The notes under the pieces: model-generated | The model's input: the letters and a program-made list of their open reading frames with translations, nothing else | Told to the model about the DNA's origin: nothing | The model's database searches: none | Made by a program: the position numbers and the translations under genes | In this document: in pieces, positions 1 through 8,123 of the stretch | Position numbering within the stretch: position 1 is the stretch's first letter | Layout: each line of letters opens with the position of its first letter | Sequence record: OY978111.1 | DNA length: 32,000 bases | Strand: one strand, 5' to 3'

Positions 1-875
1 ACACCACGAAGAAGAATACCAACATTATCACCAGCAACACTTTCGTCTAATGTTTTTTGGAACATTTCTAAACCAGTTACAGTTGTTGTTTTAGTATCAC
101 GTAACCCAATTAATTCTACTGTATCACCAATTTTTACTGTTCCACGTTCAACTCGTCCAGTTGCTACTGTTCCACGACCAGTGATTGAAAAAACATCTTC
201 AATTGCCATTAAGAATGGTTTATCAGTATCGCGTTCTGGTGTTGGAATATACGAATCAACTTGATCCATAAGATCATAGATCTTATCTACCCATTTGTTA
301 TCACCACGTGTAAGATCTGGTTTTTCAGTTAACCCTTCTAATGCTAAAAGAGCTGAACCTGAAACGATTGGAATATCATCACCAGGAAATTCATATTTAT
401 CAAGAGTTTCGCGGATTTCTAATTCAACAAGTTCTAAAAGTTCGGCATCATCTACTTGATCTTCTTTATTTAAAAATACTACAATATTTGGAACGCCTAC
501 TTGCTTTGCAAGTAATAAATGTTCTTTAGTTTGAGGCATTGGACCATCAGCACCAGAAACTACAAGAATGCCACCATCCATCTGTGCAGCACCAGTAATC
601 ATATTTTTTACATAGTCAGCATGACCTGGACAATCCACGTGTGCATAGTGACGGTTATCAGTTTCATACTCTACATGCGCTGTATTAATAGTGATACCAC
701 GAGCTTTTTCTTCAGGTGCGGAATCAATATCATCATATTTTCTTCCTTTTCCACCACTTTTAGCTGCAAGAGCCATTGTAATTGCTGCTGTTAATGTAGT
801 TTTGCCATGATCAACGTGGCCAATAGTTCCAATATTTACATGTGGTTTTTTACGTTCAAACTTTTCACGTGCCAT
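1..875 (-). CDS. tufA: Translation elongation factor Tu, N-terminal ~291 codons (3' part lies beyond the left window edge)
   Basis: The reverse complement from the ATG (complement of 873-875) reads [28 protein letters not shown]...[21 protein letters not shown]...NKEDQVDD..., which carries the EF-Tu GTP-binding motifs. The frame stays open to position 1. It is absent from the ORF track only because it is truncated. Confidence 0.97.
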   Translation of the reverse strand, partial: MAREKFERKKPHVNIGTIGHVDHGKTTLTAAITMALAAKSGGKGRKYDDIDSAPEEKARGITINTAHVEYETDNRHYAHVDCPGHADYVKNMITGAAQMDGGILVVSGADGPMPQTKEHLLLAKQVGVPNIVVFLNKEDQVDDAELLELVELEIRETLDKYEFPGDDIPIVSGSALLALEGLTEKPDLTRGDNKWVDKIYDLMDQVDSYIPTPERDTDKPFLMAIEDVFSITGRGTVATGRVERGTVKIGDTVELIGLRDTKTTTVTGLEMFQKTLDESVAGDNVGILLRG

Positions 876-968
876 AAAAATTTCCTTTGACTATAAAATT
901 TTCAAAAATGTTTTGATTTGATCTTGATTTTTTTTTAGAAGAGTTGCTTCTTCACCAATGCCTACTAC

Positions 969-1006
969 GCATGATTGGCGGCGTAGCCGCCCAATGTAAT
1001 CGTTGA
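969..1006 (+). repeat. SDR-C copy (38 nt) in the rps7-tufA spacer
   Basis: The sequence gcatgattggcggcgtagccgcccaatgtaatcgttga is 35/38 identical to the reverse complement of 30493-30530. Confidence 0.9.
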
Positions 1007-1182
1007 TGGTTTTTAGCCGCAACGAAGATATCAATTGTGCTCGAATCGAAGAGAGCACAACGTGCTAGGCACGCCAGGGTAGCGAAGCTGTGCTGGGAAA
1101 AAGCAGAAGTACTATGTATCTCTCTGATGCATAATTTTGTAGTACAAAGTAACGCATCAGCTACACAATAAACCTATCTTCA

Positions 1183-1653
1183 TTAAAAACGAAACTTAGC
1201 AAAAGCTTTATTCGCTTCAGCCATTTTATGAACTTCATCACGTTTACGAATTGCATTGCCTGAGTTTTTCGAAGCTTCAACAAACTCATTTGTAAGTTTA
1301 CTTGCCATACTTCGACCAGATCTATTTCGCGCGGCACTTAACACCCAACGAATAGCCAGTGCTGTTCCTCGTTCTGGTAAAATTTCTAATGGAACTTGAT
1401 ACGTTGAACCACCAACTCGTCGTGCTTTAATTTCTACCAGTGGAGTAGCATTTCGAACGGCTTGTTCAATTAGACCAAGAGGATCTTGCTGTGTACTTTC
1501 AGCAATTTGGTTCATACTTTCATACATAATTCTATACGCCAAAGATTTTTTGCCTTTGCGCATAATTTGGCGAACAATTAACTCAACCAGACGGCTATCA
1601 TACACCGGATCTGGCATCACACTACGTTTTTTTGGGGTACGTCTACGAGACAT
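1183..1653 (-). CDS. rps7: Ribosomal protein S7
   Basis: The track ORF is 1183..1770. The conserved S7 sequence begins at the internal ATG ([27 protein letters not shown]...GGSTYQVP...). The 39 upstream codons look like a spurious extension. Confidence 0.95.
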   Translation of the reverse strand: MSRRRTPKKRSVMPDPVYDSRLVELIVRQIMRKGKKSLAYRIMYESMNQIAESTQQDPLGLIEQAVRNATPLVEIKARRVGGSTYQVPLEILPERGTALAIRWVLSAARNRSGRSMASKLTNEFVEASKNSGNAIRKRDEVHKMAEANKAFAKFRF

Positions 1654-1793
1654 AATTGAAAATTTGTATCTATATTGTTTAGCACTCGAGTTTTTTGTGA
1701 TGCGTTGTACATAAAATACTCGGATTTTATGATAAAGCGACACAATAGCTTTTGTGATTAAAAACCGCAAGAAAGCTACGCAGTCGAGTTTTC

Positions 1794-2165
1794 CTATTTT
1801 GGTTGTTTTACACCATATTTTGATCGACTTTGTCCACGATCTTTTACACCAGCAGAATCTAATGTCCCTCTGACGATATGATATCGAACCCCGGGTAAAT
1901 CTTTTACTCGTCCACCCCGAACTAAAACTACGGAATGTTCTTGAAGATTATGACCAATTCCAGGAATGTAAGCAGTCACTTCAAAACCTGAAGATAAACG
2001 AACACGAGCTACTTTTCGAAGAGCCGAGTTTGGTTTTTTTGGTGTAGTGGTATATACACGAGTACACACCCCACGTCGTTGAGGACAGCTTTTTAAAGCC
2101 GGCGATTTGGTTTTTTTAGAAATTTTTGTTCGAGCTGATCGAACGAGTTGTTGAATAGTAGGCAT
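1794..2165 (-). CDS. rps12: Ribosomal protein S12 (uninterrupted)
   Basis: This 123-aa ORF reads [57 protein letters not shown]..., a typical S12. It has an ATG start at 2163-2165. Confidence 0.98.
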   Translation of the reverse strand: MPTIQQLVRSARTKISKKTKSPALKSCPQRRGVCTRVYTTTPKKPNSALRKVARVRLSSGFEVTAYIPGIGHNLQEHSVVLVRGGRVKDLPGVRYHIVRGTLDSAGVKDRGQSRSKYGVKQPK

Positions 2166-2370
2166 ACTGACTTTTCTTCATTTTTTTTTTTTACGAGTAA
2201 AATATTTGCTTTGTGGCTCTGCAATTAAGCAAAGCCACGAACAGGTACGCTTTCAGTGTGCCGCTTGACGCCGTAAAGCCGGTTAAAGCCCGCAAGCGTC
2301 AGTGAATGTGTCACTTTAACATCAGATGTGCCACGAAGTGGCCCAAAGAAAAGACACAATAGCTGAGCAC

Positions 2371-2398
2371 TTTTCTGCGAAGCGCAGCTTCGCTGACC
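2371..2398 (+). repeat. SDR-A copy (reference copy) with GCGAAGC-GCA-GCTTCGC hairpin at 2377-2393, ending 1 nt from the psaJ stop codon
   Basis: The sequence ttttctgcgaagcgcagcttcgctgacc matches the reverse complement of 7950-7977 at 26/28 positions. Its 26-nt core (2373-2398) matches 5795-5820 at 24/26. Confidence 0.9.
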
Positions 2399-2399
2399 T

Positions 2400-2525
2400 T
2401 TAAAAAGCAACAATAAGTGCATCAGGGAAGAATCGATTAATTTCGATTAAAAGTCCCGCAACAACAGTTAAACTTAAAATTGTAACAACAGGTGCTGTTG
2501 ATAAATATGTTGTAAAATCTTTCAT
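2400..2525 (-). CDS. psaJ: Photosystem I subunit IX
   Basis: An internal ATG of track ORF 2400..2600 gives a 41-aa product, [41 protein letters not shown]. This matches the PsaJ consensus (...[12 protein letters not shown]...). Confidence 0.93.
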   Translation of the reverse strand: MKDFTTYLSTAPVVTILSLTVVAGLLIEINRFFPDALIVAF

Positions 2526-2714
2526 TTTTTTTTCCTTCTTAAAAAATATAAGAGTTTGGAGTTCCCATGTATAGAGTTCCAAAATAAAACTTTGTATCAA
2601 CTACACAACAAAGTCAATTGTCATAAAACATATTTGGCTTGGGGAAGACAACCTAAATGTGTGGGCTTGAAAGTTTGTTTCTGGTTGTGTACTATATCAA
2701 CCGTATAACACGAT

Positions 2715-2788
2715 CGGGATGTAGCGCAGTTTGGTAGCGCTCCTGTTTTGGGAACAGGAGGTCGCAGGTTCGAATCCTGTCATCCCGA
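2715..2788 (+). tRNA. trnP(UGG): tRNA-Pro (anticodon UGG)
   Basis: The cloverleaf reads cgggatg/ta/gcgc-agtttggta-gcgc/cctgt-tttggga-acagg/gcagg-ttcgaat-cctgt/catcccg-a. All stems are Watson-Crick. Confidence 0.95.
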
Positions 2789-2790
2789 AG

Positions 2791-2863
2791 ACGCCTTTAG
2801 TTCAGTTGGTAGAACGTAGGTTTCCAAAACCTAATGTCGTGGGTTCAAGTCCTACAAGGCGTG
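2791..2863 (+). tRNA. trnW(CCA): tRNA-Trp (anticodon CCA)
   Basis: The acceptor is acgcctt/aaggcgt, the anticodon arm is taggt-ttccaaa-accta, and the T arm is gtggg-ttcaagt-cctac. It begins 2 nt after trnP. Confidence 0.95.
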
Positions 2864-3141
2864 ATGTCAAAACCACTATCACTGAAAAACAGTTTATGTG
2901 GTTTTTTTTATTGTCTCAAAAAACTCCTGATTTTAATAGGATTTACAATACATTTTTTTTTGACACCATCTCAATTTGGAGTTGGTTGGCTCTCATCAAT
3001 ACTCTTTGATTCATTTTGTATTGAATACCCAAAGCAAGTAATGCTTTCTGTTGTATCATACATCATATTTTCATCTTATTAGATGAAAACGAAATCTTAT
3101 GATAAAGCGGTGCAAAAAAAGAGCACAATTACTCTTGATTT

Positions 3142-3447
3142 TTATTTCTCAAGATTTACGAATGGTAATAAAGCACTCATTCGTGCACGTTTAATAGCAG
3201 TAGCCATAATACGTTGCTGTTTTGCTGTTAACCCCGTTGCACGGCGTGGTAAAATTTTGCCTTGCGGGCTAATAAATTTGACTAAAAGTTTGGTATTTTT
3301 ATAATCAATAGCAAGTTGTGGCCCAGGGTTTTCTTTATTCCAAAGCAGCCCTTGTCCAGATTTGAACACTACTACAGGGAGAGGTTTTCGTCGAGATCTC
3401 GACCCTTCTCTGCGTTTTGTTTGTCGAGTTTGCTGAAGTCCAGCCAT
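3142..3447 (-). CDS. rps18: Ribosomal protein S18
   Basis: This 101-aa ORF contains ...[50 protein letters not shown], the conserved S18 core. It has an ATG start. Confidence 0.95.
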   Translation of the reverse strand: MAGLQQTRQTKRREGSRSRRKPLPVVVFKSGQGLLWNKENPGPQLAIDYKNTKLLVKFISPQGKILPRRATGLTAKQQRIMATAIKRARMSALLPFVNLEK

Positions 3448-3505
3448 ATTTCTAGAAGTTCCTCCACTATATTTTGATAAACATTTCTATTGGATAGGGT
3501 TTGAA

Positions 3506-3859
3506 TTATCCGTTCTCACTAAGAAGCGTCAGTAATTGGTGAAAAGCTTCTTGGTCACGAAGTGCGACTTGACTTAAAACTTTTCGATTTAATAAAATTC
3601 CAGATCTTTTTAAGTCACATCGTAAAGTATTATAATTTACTCCATGAACACGAGCCGCAGCGTTTAAACGTGAAACCCATAAACTGGCATAGTCACGTTT
3701 TCTTTGTTGTCTGTCTCGATACGCATAGCGTAAAGCTTTCATTGTTTGTTGCTGTGCAGTTCGAAATAATCGAGATGAGGAACCACGAAAGCCTTCAGCT
3801 AAATTTAAAACTTCTTTTCTGCGTTTTCGAGCAACATTTCCACGTTTCACACGAGTCAT
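3506..3859 (-). CDS. rpl20: Ribosomal protein L20
   Basis: This 117-aa ORF reads MTRVKRGNVARKRRKEVLNLAEGFRGSSSRLFRTAQQQTMKALRYAYRDR..., a typical L20 N-terminus. Confidence 0.96.
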   Translation of the reverse strand: MTRVKRGNVARKRRKEVLNLAEGFRGSSSRLFRTAQQQTMKALRYAYRDRQQRKRDYASLWVSRLNAAARVHGVNYNTLRCDLKRSGILLNRKVLSQVALRDQEAFHQLLTLLSENG

Positions 3860-4319
3860 AAATGCTCTCCTTTGAATAAAATAAGTGTTGTTATTGTTTT
3901 ATTGCACATAGACGATTTCCATCTACTATGTAGCTCTGCTACGCAAGAGATAGTTCTTATGAGAACCCGTACTCTTTCAGACCAGAGAATCGTCAAAAAT
4001 GGAATGGGATGATGTTTTTCTGTAGTTATTGTAGTTGTTTCTGGGCGTCTTGTCTACTAGGTTCGTAAATTCTTAACTTTTTTTGGGAAGACGACGTAGT
4101 ATAAACATAATTCGAGGTTTTTTACTGAGAATCTATAATACATCAGAGAATTTGATAATAAAATGCTATCGATGTCTCGCTTCATCATTAAAAATTTTTG
4201 ATGTACGACGTAATCGCTCCAAACAAAAATAAATTTTGATCCATAGTTTAGGCAGACTAATTTTTAAAAAACCAGATTGTTTCAATTTTTGACGTTTTTT
4301 AGTAGATGTTTTGTTATTT

Positions 4320-4392
4320 TACCCCCAGGGGAATTCGAATCCCCGTTACCTCCGTGAAAGGGAGATGTCCTAGGCCTCTAAACGATGGGGGC
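4320..4392 (-). tRNA. trnE(UUC): tRNA-Glu (anticodon UUC)
   Basis: The reverse complement is gcccccatcgtttagaggcctaggacatctccctttcacggaggtaacggggattcgaattcccctgggggta. The anticodon loop is ctTTCac and there is a G1-U72 wobble. It closely resembles plastid trnE as I remember it. Confidence 0.93.
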
Positions 4393-4461
4393 TTGGTATT
4401 TCATTTTCTATAATACTATCGAATTTTCGAAAGAATGTCAAGGGTTTTCTCAAAATTGAGT

Positions 4462-4535
4462 GAGCGGAGGTAGGATTCGAACCTACGACCTTAAGGTTAT
4501 GAGCCTTACGAGCTACCAGACTGCTCTACTCCGCT
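4462..4535 (-). tRNA. trnfM(CAU): tRNA-Met (anticodon CAU), initiator-like (trnfM-type D and anticodon arms)
   Basis: The reverse complement is agcggagtagagcagtctggtagctcgtaaggctcataaccttaaggtcgtaggttcgaatcctacctccgctc. The tRNA and its anticodon are certain. The initiator assignment rests on my recollection of plastid trnfM (..GGAGTAGAGCAGTnTGGTAGCTCGnAAGGCTCATAACCTT..). Confidence 0.85.
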
Positions 4536-4785
4536 TTCAATGTACACTTTAGTGGATGCTTTCTTATTTGTCAACTTTTTTTAGGGGGACTAAGTTTGTT
4601 GTTTTATCACCAAAGAATCTGGTCTTGGCCGCAAAGAGGTCAAAAAGTATCAATATCCTAAAGGAATCGAAAAACAAGTTGCATAGACAAAATCAATATG
4701 ATAAAATTAAACAGCAGACATTTAAAATATTTTCTTAAATTTTTCAACAATTAAAGAGATTCTTTAAAAATAATGGTTCTAGATC

Positions 4786-4857
4786 GCGGGTATAGCTCAG
4801 TGGTAGAGCGGCACCTTGCCAAGGTGCATGTCGCGCGTTCGACTCGCGTTACCCGCT
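4786..4857 (+). tRNA. trnG(GCC): tRNA-Gly (anticodon GCC)
   Basis: The cloverleaf reads gcgggta/ta/gctc-agtggta-gagc/gcacc-ttGCCaa-ggtgc/gcgcg-ttcgact-cgcgt/tacccgc-t. Confidence 0.94.
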
Positions 4858-4917
4858 TTGAGTTCCTCTAAAAAAATAGAGACTTTTGGATATAAGAAAA
4901 ATTTTAAAAAGACGCAA

Positions 4918-5004
4918 GGAAAGGTGGCAGAGTGGTTGATTGCATCGGTTTTGAAAACCGACGTAGTTGCGAGACTACCGGGGGTTCGAATCCCCCCTTT
5001 TCCG
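4918..5004 (+). tRNA. trnS(UGA): tRNA-Ser (anticodon UGA), long variable arm
   Basis: The acceptor is ggaaagg/cttttcc (one G-U pair), the anticodon arm is cggtt-ttTGAaa-aaccg, the variable arm is long, and the T arm is ggggg-ttcgaat-ccccc. Confidence 0.94.
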
Positions 5005-5046
5005 AATTGTTTATCCCGACTGAAGCACTGAAGCAACAGAGTTTTT

Positions 5047-5077
5047 AATATTGGCGGTCTTTGACCGCAATCAATCC
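5047..5077 (+). repeat. SDR-X copy (aatattggcggtctttgaccgcaatcaatcc)
   Basis: It is about 24/30 identical to 9702-9732. It shares gtctttgaccg...caat(c/t)aatc with 30459-30490 and folds as gcggtc-ttt-gaccgc. Confidence 0.75.
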
Positions 5078-5119
5078 TTTGTGTCTTACATAAAATCATT
5101 TTTATGATTTTATGATAAA

Positions 5120-5145
5120 TCAATGCAATTAAACGATTGCATTGA
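5120..5145 (+). repeat. SDR-C-related 10-bp hairpin (tcaatgcaat-taaacg-attgcattga)
   Basis: It shares the 13-mer aacgattgcattg with 30495-30507. Confidence 0.6.
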
Positions 5146-5372
5146 ATAAATAAAAATTCTTTGAAAAAGCCATCATTAAAATTTTATTTCAACTTGTTAA
5201 ATTGCAATGGAAAGCAAATTCTATTATTTTACTTATAAAGTTTTTCAATTTCGAGGATTTTCCAGTACAATAGTAATAGAAACTGTATTAAAAAATAGTC
5301 TTATCAAAGACTATATTCGCATTTTTTTTTTACATAGAAAATTCTCATAATACCTAAAGGAGTCAACATTCC

Positions 5373-5477
5373 ATGGAAGTAAATATTCTAGGCTTAATTG
5401 CAACAGCGTTGTTCATCATTATCCCTACGTCGTTTCTCTTAATTCTTTATGTAAAAACAGCAAGTGCTCAAGAGTAA
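5373..5477 (+). CDS. psbM: Photosystem II protein M
   Basis: This 34-aa ORF is too short to appear in the track. It reads [34 protein letters not shown], matching the PsbM consensus ([29 protein letters not shown]..). An AAGGAG sequence sits at 5357-5362, 10 nt upstream of the ATG. Confidence 0.92.
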   Translation: MEVNILGLIATALFIIIPTSFLLILYVKTASAQE

Positions 5478-5492
5478 TTTTCCTTCTCTTCC

Positions 5493-5517
5493 TTCTGCGA
5501 AGCTACGCTTCGCAGCC
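5493..5517 (+). repeat. SDR-A-related copy forming the psbM 3' hairpin (ctgcgaagc-tac-gcttcgcag, 5495-5515)
   Basis: The sequence is ttctgcgaagctacgcttcgcagcc, and its first 11 nt are identical to SDR-A. It forms a perfect 9-bp stem 17 nt after the psbM stop. Confidence 0.8.
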
Positions 5518-5579
5518 CACAATTCTTATGAACTATCAAAAGTTCATAAGGAGAAAAAAATCATATATTTACTTTTTAT

Positions 5580-5661
5580 TGGGCCGAGCTGGATTTGAAC
5601 CAGCGTAGGCAAAACCAGCGGATTTACAATCCGCCCCCATTAACCACTCGGGCATCGACCC
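5580..5661 (-). tRNA. trnY(GUA): tRNA-Tyr (anticodon GUA), long variable arm
   Basis: The reverse complement is gggtcgatgcccgagtggttaatgggggcggattGTAaatccgctggttttgcctacgctggttcaaatccagctcggccca. Confidence 0.94.
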
Positions 5662-5794
5662 CTTGACTTTGTATTTTTAAATTTTTTTTCTTTTTAAAAA
5701 ATATCTATTAATACGAAATTAGTGTACAAAACCTCACCCAAAAATACAACTCGCTTTTTAAAAGTTATCATAGGGAGAGTGGAAAACACCTTTC

Positions 5795-5820
5795 TTCTGC
5801 GAAGCACAGCTTCACTGACC
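5795..5820 (+). repeat. SDR-A copy in the trnY/trnL divergent spacer
   Basis: The sequence ttctgcgaagcacagcttcactgacc matches 2373-2398 at 24/26 positions. Confidence 0.88.
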
Positions 5821-6031
5821 TCTTGGATTTCCGCGAGAAAGTGTCTTTTGTCGCTTTGAATCCGCTAAAAAACTTTCTTTGACAAAATTTTGCCTTGTGT
5901 GCTTCGCACGATGCGACAGCTTCGCTCTCCTTGGCGGGTTCACCGCATGCGCCAACAAAGTCGGCCTTAAAACAAAGCCTCGTATTTTTTTGAATTTTTT
6001 GCTAAAATTTATTCTAGGTACAAAACATACC

Positions 6032-6368
6032 GGGGATATGGCGGAATCGGTAGACGCAACGGACTTAAAGGTGCTATTTGAGCCGTTAGTAGGAAACTAT
6101 TAGCGTGTATGCTCTCAAATTCAGGGAAATTTTGAACCTTTGATGGTGAAAAAACAATCCTGAGTCAATTTAACGCACTGGAACAGCACTGCTGTTTCCG
6201 TTAAAAGGTGCAGAGACTCGACGGGAGCTATCCTTCAGTTTTAGCGTAGCTTCACTACGCATTAGAACAGGATAAAGAGAGAGTCCATAAGCTTGACGAA
6301 ATTTGCTTTTAAAGGCTGAAAATCCGTTGGTTTTTTTAACCGTGAGAGTTCAAGTCTCTCTATCCCCA
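6032..6368 (+). tRNA. trnL(UAA): tRNA-Leu (anticodon UAA) interrupted by a group I intron (exons 6032-6066 and 6319-6368)
   Basis: The 5' exon is ggggatatggcggaatcggtagacgcaacggactt and the 3' exon is aaaatccgttggtttttttaaccgtgagagttcaagtctctctatcccca. Joined, they give an 85-nt type-II tRNA with anticodon U|AA split at the canonical position. Confidence 0.95.
6067..6318 (+). other. Group I intron (trnL-UAA intron, ~252 nt, no ORF)
   Basis: The conserved cores are present: aaattcagggaaa (P-like), aatcctgagtca (Q-like), ggtgcagagactcgacgggagc (R-like) and ggataaagagagagtcc (S-like). The intron ends with G (ctg|aaaa). The 5' boundary is ambiguous by 1-3 nt because of the A-run. Confidence 0.9.
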
Positions 6369-6434
6369 AATAGAAATGGATGAATAATAAGTTGAATTAT
6401 AAGAATCTAATTTTGATTTTTAATCAAAAGGTTT

Positions 6435-6456
6435 GCCAAGCGCCGCTTCGCAGAAG
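6435..6456 (-). repeat. SDR-A partial copy between trnL and psbH
   Basis: The reverse complement is cttctgcgaagcggcgcttggc, which shares cttctgcgaagcg with the family consensus. Confidence 0.6.
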
Positions 6457-6780
6457 TTTTGAAACTGATGTGTACTAAAGGAACGCCACCAATTAGAACG
6501 TCTGCGCCGCGAAACGACACAATGACTCATACTAAGCATAACTTTTTTAACCGTAGCTTCTAAAATCAAATATTTTATTGATCTTTAACGTATTTTCATA
6601 GGACTTTTTTAAAAAAGTTTTTTCTTTTTTCTAATGTAGGCTATAATAGTTATAAAACGTTCTCTTCACTCAAGTGAACTCCTTTGAATTTCTTTGCCGT
6701 TTTTCGTGACAAACTCTGAAACCCTCTGGATCGCGTTGAGTATTACAGAAAGTAAAATAGACATAGTTGAGACTTCACAT

Positions 6781-7032
6781 ATGGCAACTGGAACGACATC
6801 AAAAATCAAATCTGCACCAACTACTGAGTCTGGATTAGTAACTCCTTTAGGTACCCTTTTAAAACCATTAAATTCAGAATACGGAAAGGTAGCCCCAGGT
6901 TGGGGAACAACAATCCTTATGGGTGTATTTATGGCTTTATTTGCTGTATTTCTTGTAATTATTTTAGAAATTTACAATAATTCAGTAATTCTTGATGATG
7001 TGACAATGAGTTGGGAATCTCTTGCGAAATAA
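6781..7032 (+). CDS. psbH: Photosystem II phosphoprotein H
   Basis: An internal ATG of track ORF 6694..7032 (the track start is TTG) gives [73 protein letters not shown]... This carries the PsbH signature [19 protein letters not shown]. Confidence 0.95.
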   Translation: MATGTTSKIKSAPTTESGLVTPLGTLLKPLNSEYGKVAPGWGTTILMGVFMALFAVFLVIILEIYNNSVILDDVTMSWESLAK

Positions 7033-7048
7033 CTCAGAATTATTTCCT

Positions 7049-7078
7049 GAATCACTTGATTTCATAGTCGAGTGATTC
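7049..7078 (+). terminator. Stem-loop 17 nt downstream of psbH (candidate RNA 3'-end/stability element)
   Basis: The arm gaatcacttga (7049-7059) pairs with tcgagtgattc (7068-7078), giving 11 bp with one G-U pair and an 8-nt loop. Confidence 0.5.
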
Positions 7079-7268
7079 AAATCAAATTTGTTGTGTGGTA
7101 CTCAACGCAAAAAAACCTATTATTTTTATAATATAAAAAGTGAATGATTCGTTGTGCAGCTTTCTCATAAAGTTCTCCAAGATGACATTTCTTAACGAAT
7201 GTTTTTAAGTTTCAACGCTAGTAGATGGAAGATCTCTTTGTTCGAATATTCAAGTGTCCCGAAGGGAC

Positions 7269-7302
7269 GCAATGCTAGCGTATCGCGCAAAGCACGCAAG
7301 AT
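7269..7302 (+). repeat. SDR-E copy in the psbH-psbN spacer
   Basis: The sequence gcaatgctagcgtatcgcgcaaagcacgcaagat matches 9868-9902 at about 29 of 34 aligned positions with one indel. Confidence 0.8.
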
Positions 7303-7453
7303 GTTGGAGGTAACAGGTGCTACTCTAACCAATCTGCTAAAATACATCTAGAAGACGAATGAAGTTTCATTTGCTGTTTTATTTTAAAAGTTAGAGTTTC
7401 GATTTTGTTTCAGAAAAAAAACTCGTTATTTACCTCTATACAAACACACTCCT

Positions 7454-7588
7454 ATGGAAAGTCCTGCTTTTTTCTTCACCATTTTTCTTTGGTGTTTACT
7501 TCTAAGTATCACTGGTTATTCGATTTATGTTGGCTTTGGGCCTCCGTCAAAACAATTACGTGATCCTTTTGAAGAACACGAGGATTAA
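7454..7588 (+). CDS. psbN: Photosystem II protein N
   Basis: This 44-aa ORF is below the track cut-off. It reads [44 protein letters not shown], with the conserved PsbN C-terminus ..[18 protein letters not shown]. Confidence 0.93.
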   Translation: MESPAFFFTIFLWCLLLSITGYSIYVGFGPPSKQLRDPFEEHED

Positions 7589-7607
7589 TTGATTATTTTA
7601 TTTATTG

Positions 7608-7639
7608 TGCACTGGGGAGATTTGATTCTCCCCAGTGCA
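7608..7639. terminator. Perfect 12-bp GC-rich stem-loop between convergent psbN and psbT
   Basis: The arm tgcactggggag (7608-7619) pairs with ctccccagtgca (7628-7639) around an 8-nt loop. It lies 20 nt after the psbN stop. Confidence 0.6.
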
Positions 7640-7749
7640 ATTTGAAGATAAGACACTCATAGAAGCTTTTGGTGATTCCACCGAAAGGCATGTTGAGTGT
7701 CAACCATCCATTGCGTCGCAAAGCGAGACAACGTAAGTAGTAAAATGCG

Positions 7750-7845
7750 TTATTTTAACATACGTGGAGGTTCTCTAAAGAAAATTGAAAAGAAAATGAT
7801 ACCTAACGTACCTACTAATAAAAACGTATAAACTAATGCTTCCAT
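7750..7845 (-). CDS. psbT: Photosystem II protein T
   Basis: The reverse complement gives the 31-aa product [31 protein letters not shown], which matches PsbT ([25 protein letters not shown]). Confidence 0.93.
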
Positions 7846-7949
7846 GTATAATTCCTCGATCTATGGCAGGTTTTGCCTGCTTGTGCACTAATTCAGACAA
7901 AATAGTCTGAAATCGTACCTAGGGAGAAAACTCTCTTTGATAATCATAA

Positions 7950-7977
7950 GGTCAGCGACGCTGCGCTTCGTAGAAAA
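7950..7977 (-). repeat. SDR-A copy in the psbB-psbT spacer
   Basis: The reverse complement, ttttctacgaagcgcagcgtcgctgacc, matches 2371-2398 at 26/28 positions. Confidence 0.9.
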
Positions 7978-8123
7978 CAATGTTCCAAAGTAAAACTTTA
8001 AATCAGCTGTCTCATGCGCGGCGAAGCAGTACAGCGATTCTCGAAAGAGTGTCTCTTGCTTTGTGTTGCTTCGCAACGCTAATGCGTTACAAAGTGAAAC
8101 TTTGTATATGCTACACAATGCAA

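Noticed and set aside
2225-2422. A 65-aa minus-strand ORF in the psaJ-rps12 spacer.
   Set aside because: It is generated by the stop-codon-poor GC-rich repeat island (SDR-A/E units). It overlaps the psaJ 3' end and has no recognisable protein features.
2731-3082. ORFs of 92 and 82 aa overlapping trnP/trnW. Likewise 4797..5123 and 4816..5031 overlap trnG/trnS, and 5879..6103 runs into trnL.
   Set aside because: They read through tRNA genes or repeat islands, and the tRNA cloverleaves explain the sequence conservation. There is no protein-family resemblance.
6067-6318. A possible homing endonuclease or other mobile-element ORF in the trnL intron.
   Set aside because: The intron is only ~252 nt and has stops in all frames. 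No LAGLIDADG, GIY-YIG or H-N-H coding capacity is present.
7241-7262. A T-loop-like gttcgaat sequence at about 7249-7256 that hinted at an extra tRNA in the psbH-psbN spacer. A similar tttcgaacc lies at about 19703-19711.
   Set aside because: No acceptor, D or anticodon stems can be built around either site.
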